NCBI RefSeq assembly: GCF_006345805.1
Contig: NC_042998.1
Span: forward strand, 134,726,001 to 134,790,000
Length of the DNA stretch: 64,000 nt
Source: Octopus sinensis
Taxonomy: Eukaryota
Direction of reading: 5' to 3'
Position numbers and translations under genes: made by a program. Every line of letters starts with the position of its first letter. The first letter of the stretch is position 1. Shown one piece after another: positions 62,365-64,000 of this stretch. The notes under the pieces are model-generated. The model was not told where the DNA came from. It worked only from the letters and a program-made list of their open reading frames with translations, and ran no database searches.

Positions 62365-63409
62365 TGGATCTTTTCAATCTCAGTCACAGATTTTTGAATT
62401 TTTTTTAACTAAACAGTTTCAAACTTCAGATAATGGTTGAATGTGTCACTTAGAACACGGTTTACTCTTAACATTTTTGACAAAATTTTGTATTTTAGAA
62501 GTTATTTCATGTTAAAGTTGTCGTATTTGGCTACTTTTAACCAATCAATGATGTGTATTCAGCTGAAGAAAGTTACTGCTGTTTGCGTAAATAATGGAAG
62601 AGCAACAACATCAGGGTCATCGACCCACCTGTTTTGGACGCTGCATATGTATATGTCTATGCACATACACACACACACCAATACATACATGCAATTTTTA
62701 GAATGCTGAGGAAAGGAAAGAGAAGTGGGTGTGAGGAATACATAGCTTTGAGGGAGGGGGATTGTGAAGCTGACGACAGCTGTTCATGCTGTCCATCACA
62801 TACACACACACTTTCAAATGTAAAGCTGATAAAACGCCCGCCCCGAATGGAAGTAAGAAAAAGGAGAGGGTTTAATAAATTAATATGCAGTAGTAGGGCA
62901 TTGGTAAGTTTATATAAGCTGTCATTCAGATCGTCAACACACCACCACTCTCTCCATTCTCTCTCTATGATTTGCTGGAAATAACAGCCAAATCTCTCTC
63001 AGTGTCATACGCTAACATTATATAAACGACAGGACACATTGAATACACATGTATGTATTCCCTAAAAAAGAACTTTGTTTTTCTCACCCACCTTTCCTAT
63101 CTTTTATACTTTTCTTCCACCTCTCTCTCTCTCTCTTTTTCATGACCCAATGACCCAGAAGTTGTTGCTCTTCCATTACTTTTGCAAACAGCAGTAACTT
63201 TTTTCAACTGAATACATGTCACTGGTTAAAATTACCCAAATATAACAACTTTAACATGAAATAACTTCTAAAATACAAAATTTTGTCAAAAACATTAAGA
63301 GTAAATCATGTTCTACATGACACATTCAACCAGTATCCAAAGTTTCAAACTGTTTAGTTATAAAAAAAAAATTAATTCAAAAATCTGTGACTGAGATTGA
63401 AAAGATCCG
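62365..63409. mobile_element. TGGATC-family MITE with 6-bp TSD AGAGCA/AAAGCA
   Basis: TIR TGGATCTTTTCAATCTCAGTCACAGATTTTTG on both ends. TSD matches 5 of 6. Confidence 0.8.
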
Positions 63410-64000
63410 AAAGCACTTACCTAAGGAGCCAAGCAGTCGGACAGAACCTGAAATCATGAAGTTGGGATGCAAACTCCTTAACACACATCTTCACCTGTGT
63501 TTATCATTTAATTTCTTAAAAAAATTGTTTACCATTGCCCACTTTTTTTTCTCAATAAAATGCGAGTGGCACATAAAAAGTACCCTGAACACTCTGCTAA
63601 GTGGTTGGCATTAGGAAGGGCATCTAACCATAGAAACCATGCTACAGCAGATAGTTGGAGTCTGGACTGCTCCATGTCAAACCCATGGCAGCATGGAGGG
63701 CAAATGTTGAATGATGATGTTCAGTATTATAAAATTCTAAACAAAATCAAAGATAATTAAAAATATGCTGCTTGTTCTAAGATATTTATATATCTAAGTG
63801 CAAGCATAGCTCTATAGACATGATGTTCATTTCACAACTGCAGGTTTTGGATCCAATCCCACTGCATAGCACCTTAGACAAATGTCTTCTAATGAAACTT
63901 GGATTGACTAATGCCTTATAAGTGGCATTTGGTTGGCAATATTTGTGCAGAAATCTGCTCCGTGTGTTGTGTTTCTGTGAGTATTAACCAGGGTAAAATA

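Overview
AT-rich, microsatellite-dense eukaryotic DNA whose repeat content resembles octopus (inference). The only host genes found are two tandem + strand copies of a 5-exon hydroxylysine-kinase-like (HYKK/AGPHD1, APH superfamily) gene. Copy A has exons 2-5 at 935-7984, with exon 1 just upstream of the window. Copy B has exons 1-5 at 38653-58407. The proteins are about 88% identical over exons 2-5 by hand alignment. Copy B as written lacks one G at its exon-4 acceptor, which frameshifts it; this may be a real mutation or an assembly error. Most of the rest is mobile DNA: a near-intact RTE LINE, Tx1-like, CR1, R4/Dong-like and I-like LINE fragments, mariner relics, a Gypsy fragment, tRNA-derived SINEs, TGGATC-ended MITEs with 6-bp TSDs, a serial Helitron array, and Penelope-like elements (PLEs). 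The most striking unannotated signal is a set of minimal type I hammerhead-ribozyme (HHR) motifs from at least five repeat families. One sits in a tRNA-headed, SINE-like unit and another in a 353-bp retrozyme-like unit. Most lie in introns of HYKK copy B, which also hold three large fold-back structures. All coordinates and counts were read by hand, so boundaries may be off by a few bases.
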